Assembly (NCBI GenBank): GCA_035528435.1
Contig: DATKYN010000141.1
Location: forward strand, 7,939-71,938
Direction: 5' to 3'
DNA from: Burkholderiales bacterium
GTDB lineage: Bacteria; Pseudomonadota; Gammaproteobacteria; Burkholderiales; Eutrophovitaceae
Length of the DNA: 64,000 nt
The notes beneath the pieces were generated by a model. The model saw only the letters and a list, made by a program, of their open reading frames with translations. It made no database searches and was not told the origin of the DNA. The position numbers and the translations under genes were made by a program. Of the stretch, positions 52,440 to 62,074 are shown one piece after another (within the stretch, counting starts at the first letter, position 1; each line of letters begins with the position of its first letter).

Positions 52440-53738
52440 GTGGTGAAGAAAACCCGGAAGAATATTTTCGAACTGTACGAACAGGATCCGCATCAGGCAG
52501 ACCGAGTGGTGTTCGGACGCGAAACGTATCGTGATCGGCGCGGATTCCTTAAGGGCGCCGGACTTGCGGGAATGGCGGCGCTCCTTGGTGGCGCCATTCC
52601 GTTTCATCGCAATATGCCAGGTGGGCTGATACCGGTAGCACTGGCGGAACAGGCGTTTCAAATTGAAAACAAGGACGGACTAATCATTCTCAATGATCGT
52701 CCGGTAAACGCCGAGTGTCCGCCCCATCTGCTCGACGATGAAGTAACGCCCAACGTACGCCATTTTGTCCGTAACAATGGTGTACCGCCCACCAGTGTCG
52801 ATGCTGCAAGCTGGAAGCTGCGCATAGACGGTGAAGTAGCCTCTGCCATGACGCTTGGCATTGATGACCTGAAAGAAAGATTTGAAGTCGTGAAGCTGCG
52901 ACTGCAGATCGAATGCGGTGGCAACGGGCGTGCCTATTTCGACCCGAAGGCCAAGGGCAATCAGTGGACGCTTGGTGCCGTCGGGTGTTCCGAGTGGACC
53001 GGCGTGCGGCTTGCCGATGTTTTGAAGGCCGCTGGTCTGAACAGCAACGCGGTCTATACCGCGCACTACGGCGCCGACACCCACCTCTCCGGTAATCCCG
53101 ACAAGGAGCCGATCTCGCGAGGCGTGCCGATCAAAAAGGCGCTCAGTCCGTACAATCTGATCGCGTTCGAGCAAAATGGGGGGCCGTTGCATCCGATGAA
53201 TGGCGCACCGTTACGGCTGGTGGTTCCGGGATGGCCGGGATCGTGTTCGCAAAAATGGCTCACCCGGATTCAGATTCGTGACAAGGTGCACGACGGTGCG
53301 AAGATGACCGGCACCTCCTACCGGGTGCCCGCCTATCCGGTTGCGCCCGGGGAAAAAGTGCCGAAGAAGGATTTCCGCATCATCGAATCGATGCCGGTCA
53401 AATCCCTCATTACCTGGCCTGAGAGTGGCATTGAATTGTCAGACGGACGTGAGCTCGTGGTTCGCGGCCATGCCTGGGCCGGGGACAATGCCGTAAGGTC
53501 GGTCGAATTATCGATCGATTTCGGCGCAACCTGGATTCGGGCTGACCTGCGCACCCCGGTAAACCCGTTTGCCTGGCAGCGTTTCAGCGCCCGGGTACGC
53601 TTCCCGGATAAAGGTTATTACGAAGTGTGGGCGCGCGCTACGGATGATACCGGCGCGCAGCAACCGTTCGCGATCGCCTGGAATCCGAAAGGTTACCTTA
53701 ACAACTCGATGCACCGCATCGCGGTCAGGGTTGCGTGA
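52440..53738 (+). CDS. sorA: Sulfite dehydrogenase/sulfite-oxidase-family molybdopterin subunit (SorA-like), Tat-exported
   Basis: The Tat motif is DRRGFLKGAGLAGMAALLGG. SUOX-family motifs include VRHFVRNNG, ECGGNGR and the dimerisation domain. The GTG start lies after a GGAGAG Shine-Dalgarno sequence. Confidence 0.78.
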   Translation: MVKKTRKNIFELYEQDPHQADRVVFGRETYRDRRGFLKGAGLAGMAALLGGAIPFHRNMPGGLIPVALAEQAFQIENKDGLIILNDRPVNAECPPHLLDDEVTPNVRHFVRNNGVPPTSVDAASWKLRIDGEVASAMTLGIDDLKERFEVVKLRLQIECGGNGRAYFDPKAKGNQWTLGAVGCSEWTGVRLADVLKAAGLNSNAVYTAHYGADTHLSGNPDKEPISRGVPIKKALSPYNLIAFEQNGGPLHPMNGAPLRLVVPGWPGSCSQKWLTRIQIRDKVHDGAKMTGTSYRVPAYPVAPGEKVPKKDFRIIESMPVKSLITWPESGIELSDGRELVVRGHAWAGDNAVRSVELSIDFGATWIRADLRTPVNPFAWQRFSARVRFPDKGYYEVWARATDDTGAQQPFAIAWNPKGYLNNSMHRIAVRVA

Positions 53739-54448
53739 GCGCGCGGGTCACTCTGTCGTTATGCCTTCTGGTTTTGAGTGTGTGGCTTGTGGCCGCCGCC
53801 CGTGCCGGACCGGTAGTCGAAGAAATATCGACAAGGCTGGCATCTGCCGATCCCGGCATAGGTGAGAAGGTTTTTGCGCAGTGCGCCGTATGTCATGTCG
53901 CCAGGCCCGGAGCAAAGTTCACGATCGGCCCCAATCTGTGGAATCTTCTCGGACGGTCGGTTGCGGCTGAACCCGGATTCGACTATTCGGAGTCGCTCAG
54001 GGGAGCATCCGGGCAATGGGATTTCGAGCGCCTCAACATTTATCTTTATGATCCCAAACTGGTGGCGCCCGAGGGGCGCATGCCATTCCCCGGAATCAAG
54101 GCGACAATGGAGCGCGCGCATCTCATCGCGTACCTGCGAACATTGAGCGACGAACCACATGCGTTACCGGACATGGGACCGGCGGCTGTGGGCGTGAGCG
54201 TCGCGGTCCCGGATGACGACCCTGAAAAATGGCAGGGTTTGCCGCCCGGTCCCGGTCGGGAGGATGTCTATTACCGCTGTGCAGCCTGTCACTCGCTGAT
54301 GATCGTCAAGCAGCAAGGCCTTGACCGGGCAGCATGGGAGGAATCCCTTGACTGGATGGTGGAGGAACAGGGAATGGCACCGATCGAGGACGCCGCGACC
54401 CGTAATCGCGTGCTCGATTATCTGGCGGATAAATTCGGTCGCGATTAG
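53735..54448 (+). CDS. Dihaem cytochrome c (SorB-like electron acceptor)
   Basis: A signal peptide and two CxxCH motifs (CAVCH, CAACH) are present. The N-terminal domain is cytochrome c2-like (GPNLWNLLGR..., MPFPGIK). The GTGA start overlaps the sorA stop. Confidence 0.72.
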   Translation: MSARVTLSLCLLVLSVWLVAAARAGPVVEEISTRLASADPGIGEKVFAQCAVCHVARPGAKFTIGPNLWNLLGRSVAAEPGFDYSESLRGASGQWDFERLNIYLYDPKLVAPEGRMPFPGIKATMERAHLIAYLRTLSDEPHALPDMGPAAVGVSVAVPDDDPEKWQGLPPGPGREDVYYRCAACHSLMIVKQQGLDRAAWEESLDWMVEEQGMAPIEDAATRNRVLDYLADKFGRD

Positions 54449-54568
54449 CGCCTGGCCACACCGGTAACGGCGCAATCGGCACAAAGCCACTACCGGACTT
54501 GACAGATGTGCATCGCGCTGGCGATGCTGCCCCCTGCCGACAAAAGCAGAGCACTGCGGGAGGGGAAA

Positions 54569-55639
54569 ATGAAGCACAAGAAAACTGGTATCACGGCGAT
54601 CTGTCTGGCCCTGATTGGCTGTGCGGTGCTGATGCCGGCGCACGCCGCGAAATACACCATGGCTATCAGCCATCTGGCGCCCGAGGACCTCAGTAATAAC
54701 GAGATGCATCCGGCCATGAAGCATTTCGAGTCAATACTCGAAGCGGCTACCGGCGGCGACATCGATGTGCAGGTCTTCGGTAACGGCCAACTTGGCTCCG
54801 AAGTGGAAACAGCGAAACAGGCCCAGGCCGGGCGCCTCGTCCAGGCTTCCCTTATTTCTTCCGGTGCCATGTCGTCTTTCTTTCCGGAATATCAGATCGT
54901 TACCACGCCGTTTCTGTTTCCCGACTATCGCATTGCGCGAGCCTATTTCGATGGCGAGTGGCACGCCAACTTCATGCGCGGCACCTTGAAATCGGGGCTG
55001 CGTTACCTCGGCACCCTCGATGATGGCGGCGGCTTCGTCGCCTTTACCAACAACAAACGGTTGATCAGGAATGTCGTCGACCTGAAGGGGTTAAAGATTC
55101 GCGTCGAGGAAAATCCGGCGCATGTTGCAACGATGAAAGCACTTGGCGCATCGGCCACGCCGTTGCCGTGGGGTGAGGTGGTCACTGCGCTCAGCACCGG
55201 TCTTGTGGACGGACAATTCAATGCCCCCGGTGTCAGCCTTGCGTTCAAGTTGTGGGAAGTGAACGACTACACCACGTGGAGCGGGCATGTTTACAACTCG
55301 ATCTCCTGGGTAGTCAGTGACAAGTGGTTTCGCAAGTTGCCAGAACAATATCAACTCGCGGTCTTGCAGGCCGCACGCGAGGCAGTACAGGTTTCGCATG
55401 GGATCGCCGTGCTTGCCGCAATCAAGGGCTGGGAAGCTTCCTGCAAGAACTTCAAAAAATGCCACATCCTGACGCAGAGTGAAAAGCAAGCCATGGCGGC
55501 AGTCGCCCGTCCGGCCTGGAAACAATGGATCACTGCCGACTTCGGCATCGATGAACAACTTGTTGACGACCTGTGGAAAGAAGTCACACGTCTCGAAGGC
55601 GAGGTCAATCAACGCGAGATTCGTCGCTATGGACGTTGA
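54569..55639 (+). CDS. TRAP transporter substrate-binding protein (DctP family)
   Basis: A signal peptide (ICLALIGCAVLMPAHA) is followed by DctP-like motifs (DLKGLKIRV, NPAHVATMKALGASATPLPWGEV). The start at 54569 follows a GGGAGGGG Shine-Dalgarno sequence. Confidence 0.85.
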   Translation: MKHKKTGITAICLALIGCAVLMPAHAAKYTMAISHLAPEDLSNNEMHPAMKHFESILEAATGGDIDVQVFGNGQLGSEVETAKQAQAGRLVQASLISSGAMSSFFPEYQIVTTPFLFPDYRIARAYFDGEWHANFMRGTLKSGLRYLGTLDDGGGFVAFTNNKRLIRNVVDLKGLKIRVEENPAHVATMKALGASATPLPWGEVVTALSTGLVDGQFNAPGVSLAFKLWEVNDYTTWSGHVYNSISWVVSDKWFRKLPEQYQLAVLQAAREAVQVSHGIAVLAAIKGWEASCKNFKKCHILTQSEKQAMAAVARPAWKQWITADFGIDEQLVDDLWKEVTRLEGEVNQREIRRYGR

Positions 55640-55687
55640 CTGTCGAACGACAGGTGTCGAGTTAAATCGCAGTAAAGTCCAACCTGA

Positions 55688-55745
55688 TTTGTTCAAGCCT
55701 GGCTTGTTCAAACATGGCTTGTTCAAACATGGTTGATCAACACGG
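55688..55745 (+). repeat. 15-bp tandem repeat (about 3.9 units) at the dctP-dctQ junction
   Basis: The units are TTTGTTCAAGCCTGG, CTTGTTCAAACATGG, CTTGTTCAAACATGG and a partial TTGATCAACACGG. Units 2 and 3 are identical. Confidence 0.85.
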
Positions 55746-56274
55746 ACTGTTTGGTTCTGCGCTCAGAAATATCAGCGCCAGGCTGAATACCATTGCGTTA
55801 CTGGTTTGTGTCGCCTGCGTGCTGTCGATGCTGTCGATTTCCTTCATCGGATTCTTCTACATGCTTGTCACAGGCGAAGCCCTTAGCTGGACATATTCGC
55901 TTGCGCGCCTGTTCATTCCCTGGATCGGCATGCTCAGCATCACAGTGGCTTTTCATGGTGGCGAACATGTTGCCATGAATCTGCTGTCGCGCCTGTTGCC
56001 GGCGCAGCTGGCCGTCATTCTGCGCTACGCGAGCCTTGCCGCGGTTGCCGTGTTTGCCGTCTTGCTACTGTGGTTCGGGTGGCAGTTCTTTTCCACCACG
56101 ACGCAGTACTACATGGTTTCCGATCAAATACAGATTCATGGGCGCTGGGTAGCTGCGTGCGTCCCTGTCAGTGGCGCAATCATGCTGGTGCACCTGGTTA
56201 ATGGCACAGCCATCCTGGAGTCGCAGGATGTCGACTCGCAAGGCTTTGCCACCCACGAAAGCGGGCCGGGTTGA
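55714..56274 (+). CDS. TRAP transporter small permease (DctQ family)
   Basis: A membrane protein of about 180 aa with 4 TM segments between DctP and DctM. The start is either 55714 or 55729; both ATGs lie inside the tandem repeat. Confidence 0.75.
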   Translation: MACSNMVDQHGLFGSALRNISARLNTIALLVCVACVLSMLSISFIGFFYMLVTGEALSWTYSLARLFIPWIGMLSITVAFHGGEHVAMNLLSRLLPAQLAVILRYASLAAVAVFAVLLLWFGWQFFSTTTQYYMVSDQIQIHGRWVAACVPVSGAIMLVHLVNGTAILESQDVDSQGFATHESGPG

Positions 56275-57551
56275 TGGCCGCAGCGCTCGTATTCTTTCTG
56301 ATCCTGTTATTGATTGGCGCACCGATCGCGCTGGTCATGGTGTTCTCCGGGCTTGCCGGTGCTGTCTCGTTAGGGGGCCTCGAGTTTCTCGAAATTCTCC
56401 CTGACCGCTTGTTCTCGGGTGTTAGTGGATTCCTGTTGATGGCCGTGCCCTACTTCATCTTTACCGCCGAGCTGATGAATCGTGCCGGTTTGACGCAACG
56501 CCTTATCGATTTCAACAATGCGCTGTTTGGCCGGGTGCGCGGCGCACTGAGCCACGTCAATATCACCACCAGCCTGTTCTTCGCAGGCCTTACGGGCGCT
56601 GCGATAACTGACACGGTAGCGGTTGGCAAGCTGATGATCCCGGCAATGAAGAAAGAGGGCTATCCGGCTGATTACTGTGCAGCGGTCACTGCGTGTTCGT
56701 CGGTGGTTGGGCCGATTATCCCGCCAAGCGTGGTGATGGTTGTTTACGCAACCATCCTGCAGGACATTTCGGTAATCTCGCTGTTTATTGCCGGAATCGT
56801 TCCGGGTTTGCTGCTGGTTGGCGCGCTCCTTATGGTAAGCGGTTGGCTCGCCTGGCGGCGCAATTTTCCGGTGCATGGCGACGGCGGGGTCGCGCTTGCG
56901 CTCAAGGCGTTTTTTCCGACACTGCCGGCGTTGCTGGTCCCGGTGATTATCCTTGGTGGGATTCTCAGTGGATTGAGCACGGTGACGGAAGCTTCGGCGT
57001 TTGCTGCCGTATACACGGTCGCGGTCGGCATGTTTGTGTACCGCCAGCTTTCGCTGAAGATGGTGTGGTCCGCCTTGCTCACCACGGTGCGCTTGTCGGG
57101 TGTGGTGTTCTTCCTACTCGGCGCATCGACGGTACTGGGCTGGTTTGTGACACGGTCGGGCATCACTCGCGAGGCTGCCGATTTGATTGCCGGTTTCAGC
57201 ACCGATCCGTTGGTGCAGATTTTTCTGGTCAATGGTTTGCTGTTGCTGATCGGCACGGCTGTAGATGTGTTGCCGGCGCTGGTGATTGTTGCTCCGGTGC
57301 TGGTGCCGGCGATGGTTCAGCTAGGGTTCGATCCATTGCACTTCGCGATGGTGATGATTCTTACCCTGAATATCGGAAACATTACCCCGCCGGTCGGCAT
57401 GACGCTGATGACTGCGGCGCAGATCGCCAAAGTCAGTTATGAGAGCGCCATCCGTGCCTCGCTGCCCTTCTATCTGAGTTTTATCGCGGTAATCGCCATT
57501 GTCTCTGTGTGGCCGAATGTCGTGTTGTGGTTGCCGGAACTGCTGAAGTAG
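56271..57551 (+). CDS. TRAP transporter large permease (DctM family)
   Basis: 426 aa and polytopic, with FIFTAELMNRAGLTQRLIDF typical of DctM. The start overlaps the dctQ stop. Confidence 0.9.
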   Translation: MMAAALVFFLILLLIGAPIALVMVFSGLAGAVSLGGLEFLEILPDRLFSGVSGFLLMAVPYFIFTAELMNRAGLTQRLIDFNNALFGRVRGALSHVNITTSLFFAGLTGAAITDTVAVGKLMIPAMKKEGYPADYCAAVTACSSVVGPIIPPSVVMVVYATILQDISVISLFIAGIVPGLLLVGALLMVSGWLAWRRNFPVHGDGGVALALKAFFPTLPALLVPVIILGGILSGLSTVTEASAFAAVYTVAVGMFVYRQLSLKMVWSALLTTVRLSGVVFFLLGASTVLGWFVTRSGITREAADLIAGFSTDPLVQIFLVNGLLLLIGTAVDVLPALVIVAPVLVPAMVQLGFDPLHFAMVMILTLNIGNITPPVGMTLMTAAQIAKVSYESAIRASLPFYLSFIAVIAIVSVWPNVVLWLPELLK

Positions 57552-57761
57552 ATCAGCAACGGCTTGATGGTGAACGGCGGAACGGTCCGGGTCCGCGCAC
57601 GATTTGAAACGATGCGTATCTGAATCAAGGGGAGTTCAGCGACCAAGCTGTTGGTATTGTCAGCAGCGCCAACAGATGAAGCACCGGCACCATGTCAGCG
57701 TGCGGTATATTTCCGGAGCAGTGGATGTCGGCGGACCAAAGTAACCCAACAGCAGCCAGAA

Positions 57762-58832
57762 ATGACCGGTAACGATTATTTTTCGAAAACATACGCGATC
57801 GCCCGCTCGCGCTTCATTGCCTCGGCCTGCGCTGCCGGCGCGACAATGGACGAGGTGAGCCTCGATGCAATGGGTCCGGCGGGTACGCCTCTGGCGATAG
57901 AAATTGCGTGGTTCGGAGCAGAGCGCCCGTCGCGCGTTGTCATTCATTCGTCCGGCATACACGGCGTCGAAGGATTTGCCGGCTCTGCCGTTCAGCTTGC
58001 CTTGCTCGACTCACCGCTCGACATCCCGCAGGACGCCGCTCTGATCATGGTTCACTGTCTCAACCCTTACGGGATGGCGTGGCTGCGACGGGTCAATGAA
58101 CACAATGTCGACCTGAACCGAAATTTTATTCTGGATGTCGAAGAAAGGTCCGGTGTCGCCGATACCTACCGCGCACTCAATAGCCTGCTCAACCCGGCAC
58201 GGCTGCCGGCGGGACCGGATCTGTTTTATCCGCGAGCAATTCGTTGCATCCTGAAATACGGTATGCCGGCGTTGCGGCAGGGTGTAGCGGAAGGGCAGTA
58301 CGAATATCCCGAGGGCCTGTTCTACGGCGGTACGGAGTTCGAGCAAGGCCCGCTGCTCTATCTCGGATGGCTTAGTCTTCGACTCAGGTCCGTAAGCCGC
58401 GTGATTGCAGTTGACGTGCATACCGGTCTTGGAAAGTGGGGTGAAGAAGCGCTCTATCTTCGATCTGGTCGCGATCAGCCGGATGAAGCCACAAGGCTTG
58501 GCGCCGAATTGGGCAGGACGCTTGTTACCGATGCCGTGGCGCATGGCGCCTACGAAATACGCGGAATGCTCTCGGATGTTTTCGGGATGCTCGAACCCGC
58601 GCCGGACTGGTCGTTCATTCTGCAGGAGTTCGGCACGTATCCCGGTCTGCGGGTGATCAATGCGCTGCGCCAGGAAAATTATTGGCATCATCATGGCAAC
58701 GTTGGCCCCGAGCACTCGAGCAAACAGAATCTCAAGCGCATGCTTGCACCGGAAAATGGAGCGTGGCGGACGTCCGTTGTCGACCGTGGTGTGTCGCTGT
58801 GCAGGAGCGTAATGGATCATGTGTTCGCCTGA
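57762..58832 (+). CDS. M14-like (DUF2817-type) putative zinc carboxypeptidase/deacylase
   Basis: An HxxE zinc motif (SGIHGVEGF) is followed by NPYGMAWLRRVNEHNVDLNRNF and a later DVHTG. I chose the start at 57762. The family name comes from memory of the motifs. Confidence 0.55.
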   Translation: MTGNDYFSKTYAIARSRFIASACAAGATMDEVSLDAMGPAGTPLAIEIAWFGAERPSRVVIHSSGIHGVEGFAGSAVQLALLDSPLDIPQDAALIMVHCLNPYGMAWLRRVNEHNVDLNRNFILDVEERSGVADTYRALNSLLNPARLPAGPDLFYPRAIRCILKYGMPALRQGVAEGQYEYPEGLFYGGTEFEQGPLLYLGWLSLRLRSVSRVIAVDVHTGLGKWGEEALYLRSGRDQPDEATRLGAELGRTLVTDAVAHGAYEIRGMLSDVFGMLEPAPDWSFILQEFGTYPGLRVINALRQENYWHHHGNVGPEHSSKQNLKRMLAPENGAWRTSVVDRGVSLCRSVMDHVFA

Positions 58833-58975
58833 GTGGGCCCGTCGGTAAACGCCTTTGCTGGTTTCCTTTTGTGCGTTATCTGGACTATCGTTACGCAACG
58901 TAGCGATTGACGGCGCACCGTATTCTCGACGCCGACGACCCTACCGGAGTGATTTTTCAACCGGGAGTAACCGCA

Positions 58976-60013
58976 ATGCCGAAAAGAATCGTAATTTGTG
59001 CCGACGGGACCTGGAACCGGCCCGAAGAAGATTTGAGCAAGGATTTTCCAACCAACGTGCTGCGCCTGGCACGAGCGGTCAAACCGCTTGGCAGCCGCCA
59101 GCATCCCCAGCAAGTGTTTTACGACTGGGGCGTTGGTTCCTATCATGACCAAGTGATGGGCGGAGCAACCGGTAAGGGATTGCACAAGAACATTGTCGAC
59201 GACTATCGCTACATCGTGCAGAACTATGCACCGGGCGATGAAATCTTCCTGTTTGGTTTCAGTCGTGGCGCCTACACGGTTCGCTGTCTGTGTGGCCTGA
59301 TCAACAATTGCGGCATTCTCAAGCGCCCGGACGCGCCCCTGATCCAGGCGGCGTTCGACCACTATAAGAATCCGGGTGCGGCTTATGCACCAAATGGTAG
59401 TCGGTCTATCCGGTTTCGCGACGCCCACTCGCATCCGTCGCGCGAGGTGAAATTTGTCGGCGTCTGGGACACCGTCGGCGCAATGGGCATCCCGTTTTCC
59501 TTTCTTGGGCTGTTTGACGACAAGGACGAGTTCTACGACACCAAAATCGGATCAAATGTGCGCATTGCCCGTCATGCTATGGCGGTCGATGAACTACGAG
59601 CGGATTTCGAGCCGACAGTGTGGTTGCCTCGTGACAAGCTCGATCTGAAACAGGTCTGGTTTGTCGGCGCGCACAGCGACGTTGGCGGTAGTTACCCGCC
59701 CGACCCGGGCGGCTGGCTGCTCTCCGACATTGCTCTTGACTGGATGATGCGCGAGGCGAACAAAGCAGGGTTGACGCTGGAGCCGCATTTGAAAGGCCGC
59801 CTTAAACCGAAAGCAACTGCGAGCTTGCACGAGTCGCGCCGCAGCTATTACCGCATCAAGAAGAAAGTCTTCCGCCCCATTGATCACGGCAAGGACAAGA
59901 TACTGATTCATCAGTCGGTGAAACAACGCTGGGACCGTGACAAGACCTACCGGCCGCAAAACCTGGTGGATTACGTGCGGGTAAAGGGCTGGCCGTCCAC
60001 ACTTGTCACCTGA
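58976..60013 (+). CDS. DUF2235 alpha/beta hydrolase (Tle1-like phospholipase fold)
   Basis: The N-terminus is IVICADGTWN, the GxSxG nucleophile motif is LFGFSRGAYTVR, and a later motif is FVGAHSDVGG. I chose the start at 58976. Confidence 0.7.
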   Translation: MPKRIVICADGTWNRPEEDLSKDFPTNVLRLARAVKPLGSRQHPQQVFYDWGVGSYHDQVMGGATGKGLHKNIVDDYRYIVQNYAPGDEIFLFGFSRGAYTVRCLCGLINNCGILKRPDAPLIQAAFDHYKNPGAAYAPNGSRSIRFRDAHSHPSREVKFVGVWDTVGAMGIPFSFLGLFDDKDEFYDTKIGSNVRIARHAMAVDELRADFEPTVWLPRDKLDLKQVWFVGAHSDVGGSYPPDPGGWLLSDIALDWMMREANKAGLTLEPHLKGRLKPKATASLHESRRSYYRIKKKVFRPIDHGKDKILIHQSVKQRWDRDKTYRPQNLVDYVRVKGWPSTLVT

Positions 60014-60087
60014 CTCGCCGGGAGCAGATCAAACAAGCCGGGCTGCGACAGACGCTACGATCGAAATATGCTTTCACGGGACACTCG

Positions 60088-60888
60088 ATGCCAGATTTCA
60101 ATGCAGTGAAGCATCAACAAAAAGAAACGTGGGCGACCGGGGACTTCGCAGTCATCGGCTGGAATACGGTGTTTCCGGGAGAGCTGTTGTGTGAAGCGGT
60201 CGACCTTCGGGCCGGTCACAAGGTACTCGATGTTGCTACGGGCTCCGGTAACGTCGCGTTATCGGCAGCGCGTAGAAACTGCGAAGCCGTTGGTATCGAT
60301 TATGTTCCGGAATTGATTGAACGTGCGCGCGCACGTGCCGGAGCTGAAGGACTGCCGGCGCGCTTTGAAGTGGCCGATTGCGAAGAGATTCCGTTTCCGG
60401 ACAGATCGTTCGACCGCGTCCTCTCACTGTACGGATCGATGTTTGCACCCGATCAGCAGATGGCGGCAAACGAACTGATTCGGGTCTGCCGGCCCGGTGG
60501 CAGGATTGGCATGGGTAACTGGACGCCAGACGGGTTCTGGGGACAGACGTTTGCTCTTGTTGGCCGCTATCGGCCACCCGCCAAAGGCGTTCGTCCCCCG
60601 CCGGAATGGGGCACCGGGAAACGGCTTGCAGAGTTGTTCGATATACCCGTTTCGGGCTTGAAGATCACCAGGCGAAGCGCGCTGTTTCGCTATCGTGACA
60701 ACCGGCACTGGATCGAAGTATTCAGTACCTGGTTCGGCCCGATCATGCGGGTGCTGGAGGCACTCGATGAGAACGGCAGGGGAGAATTCCTGCTGGAGCT
60801 GGACGAGATTCTCAGCCGATTCAACCGTTCGGGTGATGAGACCCTGATGGTTAGCGCAGACTATCTGGAAGTGGTGATCGACCTATAA
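60088..60888 (+). CDS. Class I SAM-dependent methyltransferase
   Basis: Motif I is VLDVATGSGNVAL, and the post-I acidic residue and motif II region (FDRVLSLYGSMF) are present. Confidence 0.8.
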   Translation: MPDFNAVKHQQKETWATGDFAVIGWNTVFPGELLCEAVDLRAGHKVLDVATGSGNVALSAARRNCEAVGIDYVPELIERARARAGAEGLPARFEVADCEEIPFPDRSFDRVLSLYGSMFAPDQQMAANELIRVCRPGGRIGMGNWTPDGFWGQTFALVGRYRPPAKGVRPPPEWGTGKRLAELFDIPVSGLKITRRSALFRYRDNRHWIEVFSTWFGPIMRVLEALDENGRGEFLLELDEILSRFNRSGDETLMVSADYLEVVIDL

Positions 60889-61073
60889 TTCGCCAGTCGC
60901 ACAAGCCCGATGAGTCAGGCGCTGCGGCGTGAATCCCCGGCGAGCGTGCTGGACGTTTCGCGTCTGTTTTGCGCACAGCCGCCGCCATCCATATTTGCTG
61001 TCATGAGACGTTTGCGGAGATTGGGTGTGGAGCAGAAGACCATTGCCGGTGACTCTCGGTTGATTGTGCCATT

Positions 61074-61952
61074 GTGCGAAAACTGATCGTTTCGATTGAT
61101 CGTTTTCTGTCGCAACTGCCCCGTGCGCAGCTGCTGATCGTTTGCCTGTTGACTGTCGCCGTGACCGCGGCGCTGGATTACCTTTCAGGGTACGAGGTAT
61201 CGTTTTCCCTGTTTTACCTCGCACCGGTGACAATGGCGGCCTGGTATCTGGGCAAGCGACCGGGCATCATGGTGGCGGCGTTGTCCTGCCTTAGCTGGGT
61301 TGCTGCCGACGTTACAGCGGGAAACCATTACAGTTCCTGGACAGTACCGATATGGAATGCGCTGATACGGTTTGGATTCTTCCTGACAAACGGCATTCTG
61401 GTTGTGATGCTCCGGCAGGCATTGATCGATCAGCAGCAACGCGCGAGCACCGATGCCCTGACGGGTGTTTTCAGTCGCCGCGCATTTCACGATCGTTTGC
61501 AACACGATCTGCAAATTGCGCGACGCAATCGCGCGCAGATCACATTGGCGCTGCTTGATCTGGATAACTTCAAGTCCCTGAATGATACGTACGGTCATGC
61601 CAAGGGCGACCAGGCGCTCACGCGTGTGGCCCGGGCGCTCAGGAACGCGACGCGCGCAATGGATACGGTAGCGAGGCTCGGCGGTGACGAGTTCGTGCTC
61701 GTTCTTCCCGAAACGGATCAATCAGGTGCCCAGGAGGTTGTATCCAAGCTACGCCTTGAACTGCGTACCACGCTTGAAGATGTGGCGCCAGGCGTGACCT
61801 GCAGTATTGGTGTGCTGACGTTTCTGAACGCGCCCGACAGCGCTGACGAGGCCGTTGGTGCTGCCGATGCGCTCATGTATCAGGCGAAGCGAAGAGGCAG
61901 AAACACGGTCACCTATGGCACTGAACCCGGCAGCCTCCCTGCAAACAGATGA
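61074..61952 (+). CDS. Membrane-anchored diguanylate cyclase (GGDEF)
   Basis: Four N-terminal TM segments are followed by the GGDEF domain (DALTGVFSRRAF, LLDLDNFKSLNDTYGH, RLGGDEFVLVL). The start codon is GTG. Confidence 0.85.
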   Translation: MRKLIVSIDRFLSQLPRAQLLIVCLLTVAVTAALDYLSGYEVSFSLFYLAPVTMAAWYLGKRPGIMVAALSCLSWVAADVTAGNHYSSWTVPIWNALIRFGFFLTNGILVVMLRQALIDQQQRASTDALTGVFSRRAFHDRLQHDLQIARRNRAQITLALLDLDNFKSLNDTYGHAKGDQALTRVARALRNATRAMDTVARLGGDEFVLVLPETDQSGAQEVVSKLRLELRTTLEDVAPGVTCSIGVLTFLNAPDSADEAVGAADALMYQAKRRGRNTVTYGTEPGSLPANR

Positions 61953-62074
61953 AGTCCGAAGCAAATTGCAAAGCCATCCTAATGTCGCTGTGGGGTTGCG
62001 TGGGCTCTAGCTGGTAGCTTCAAAGGCCGTTTCGGCATCTGCGTACGCGCTGTAAACGTAGAAACAACAAGGTA

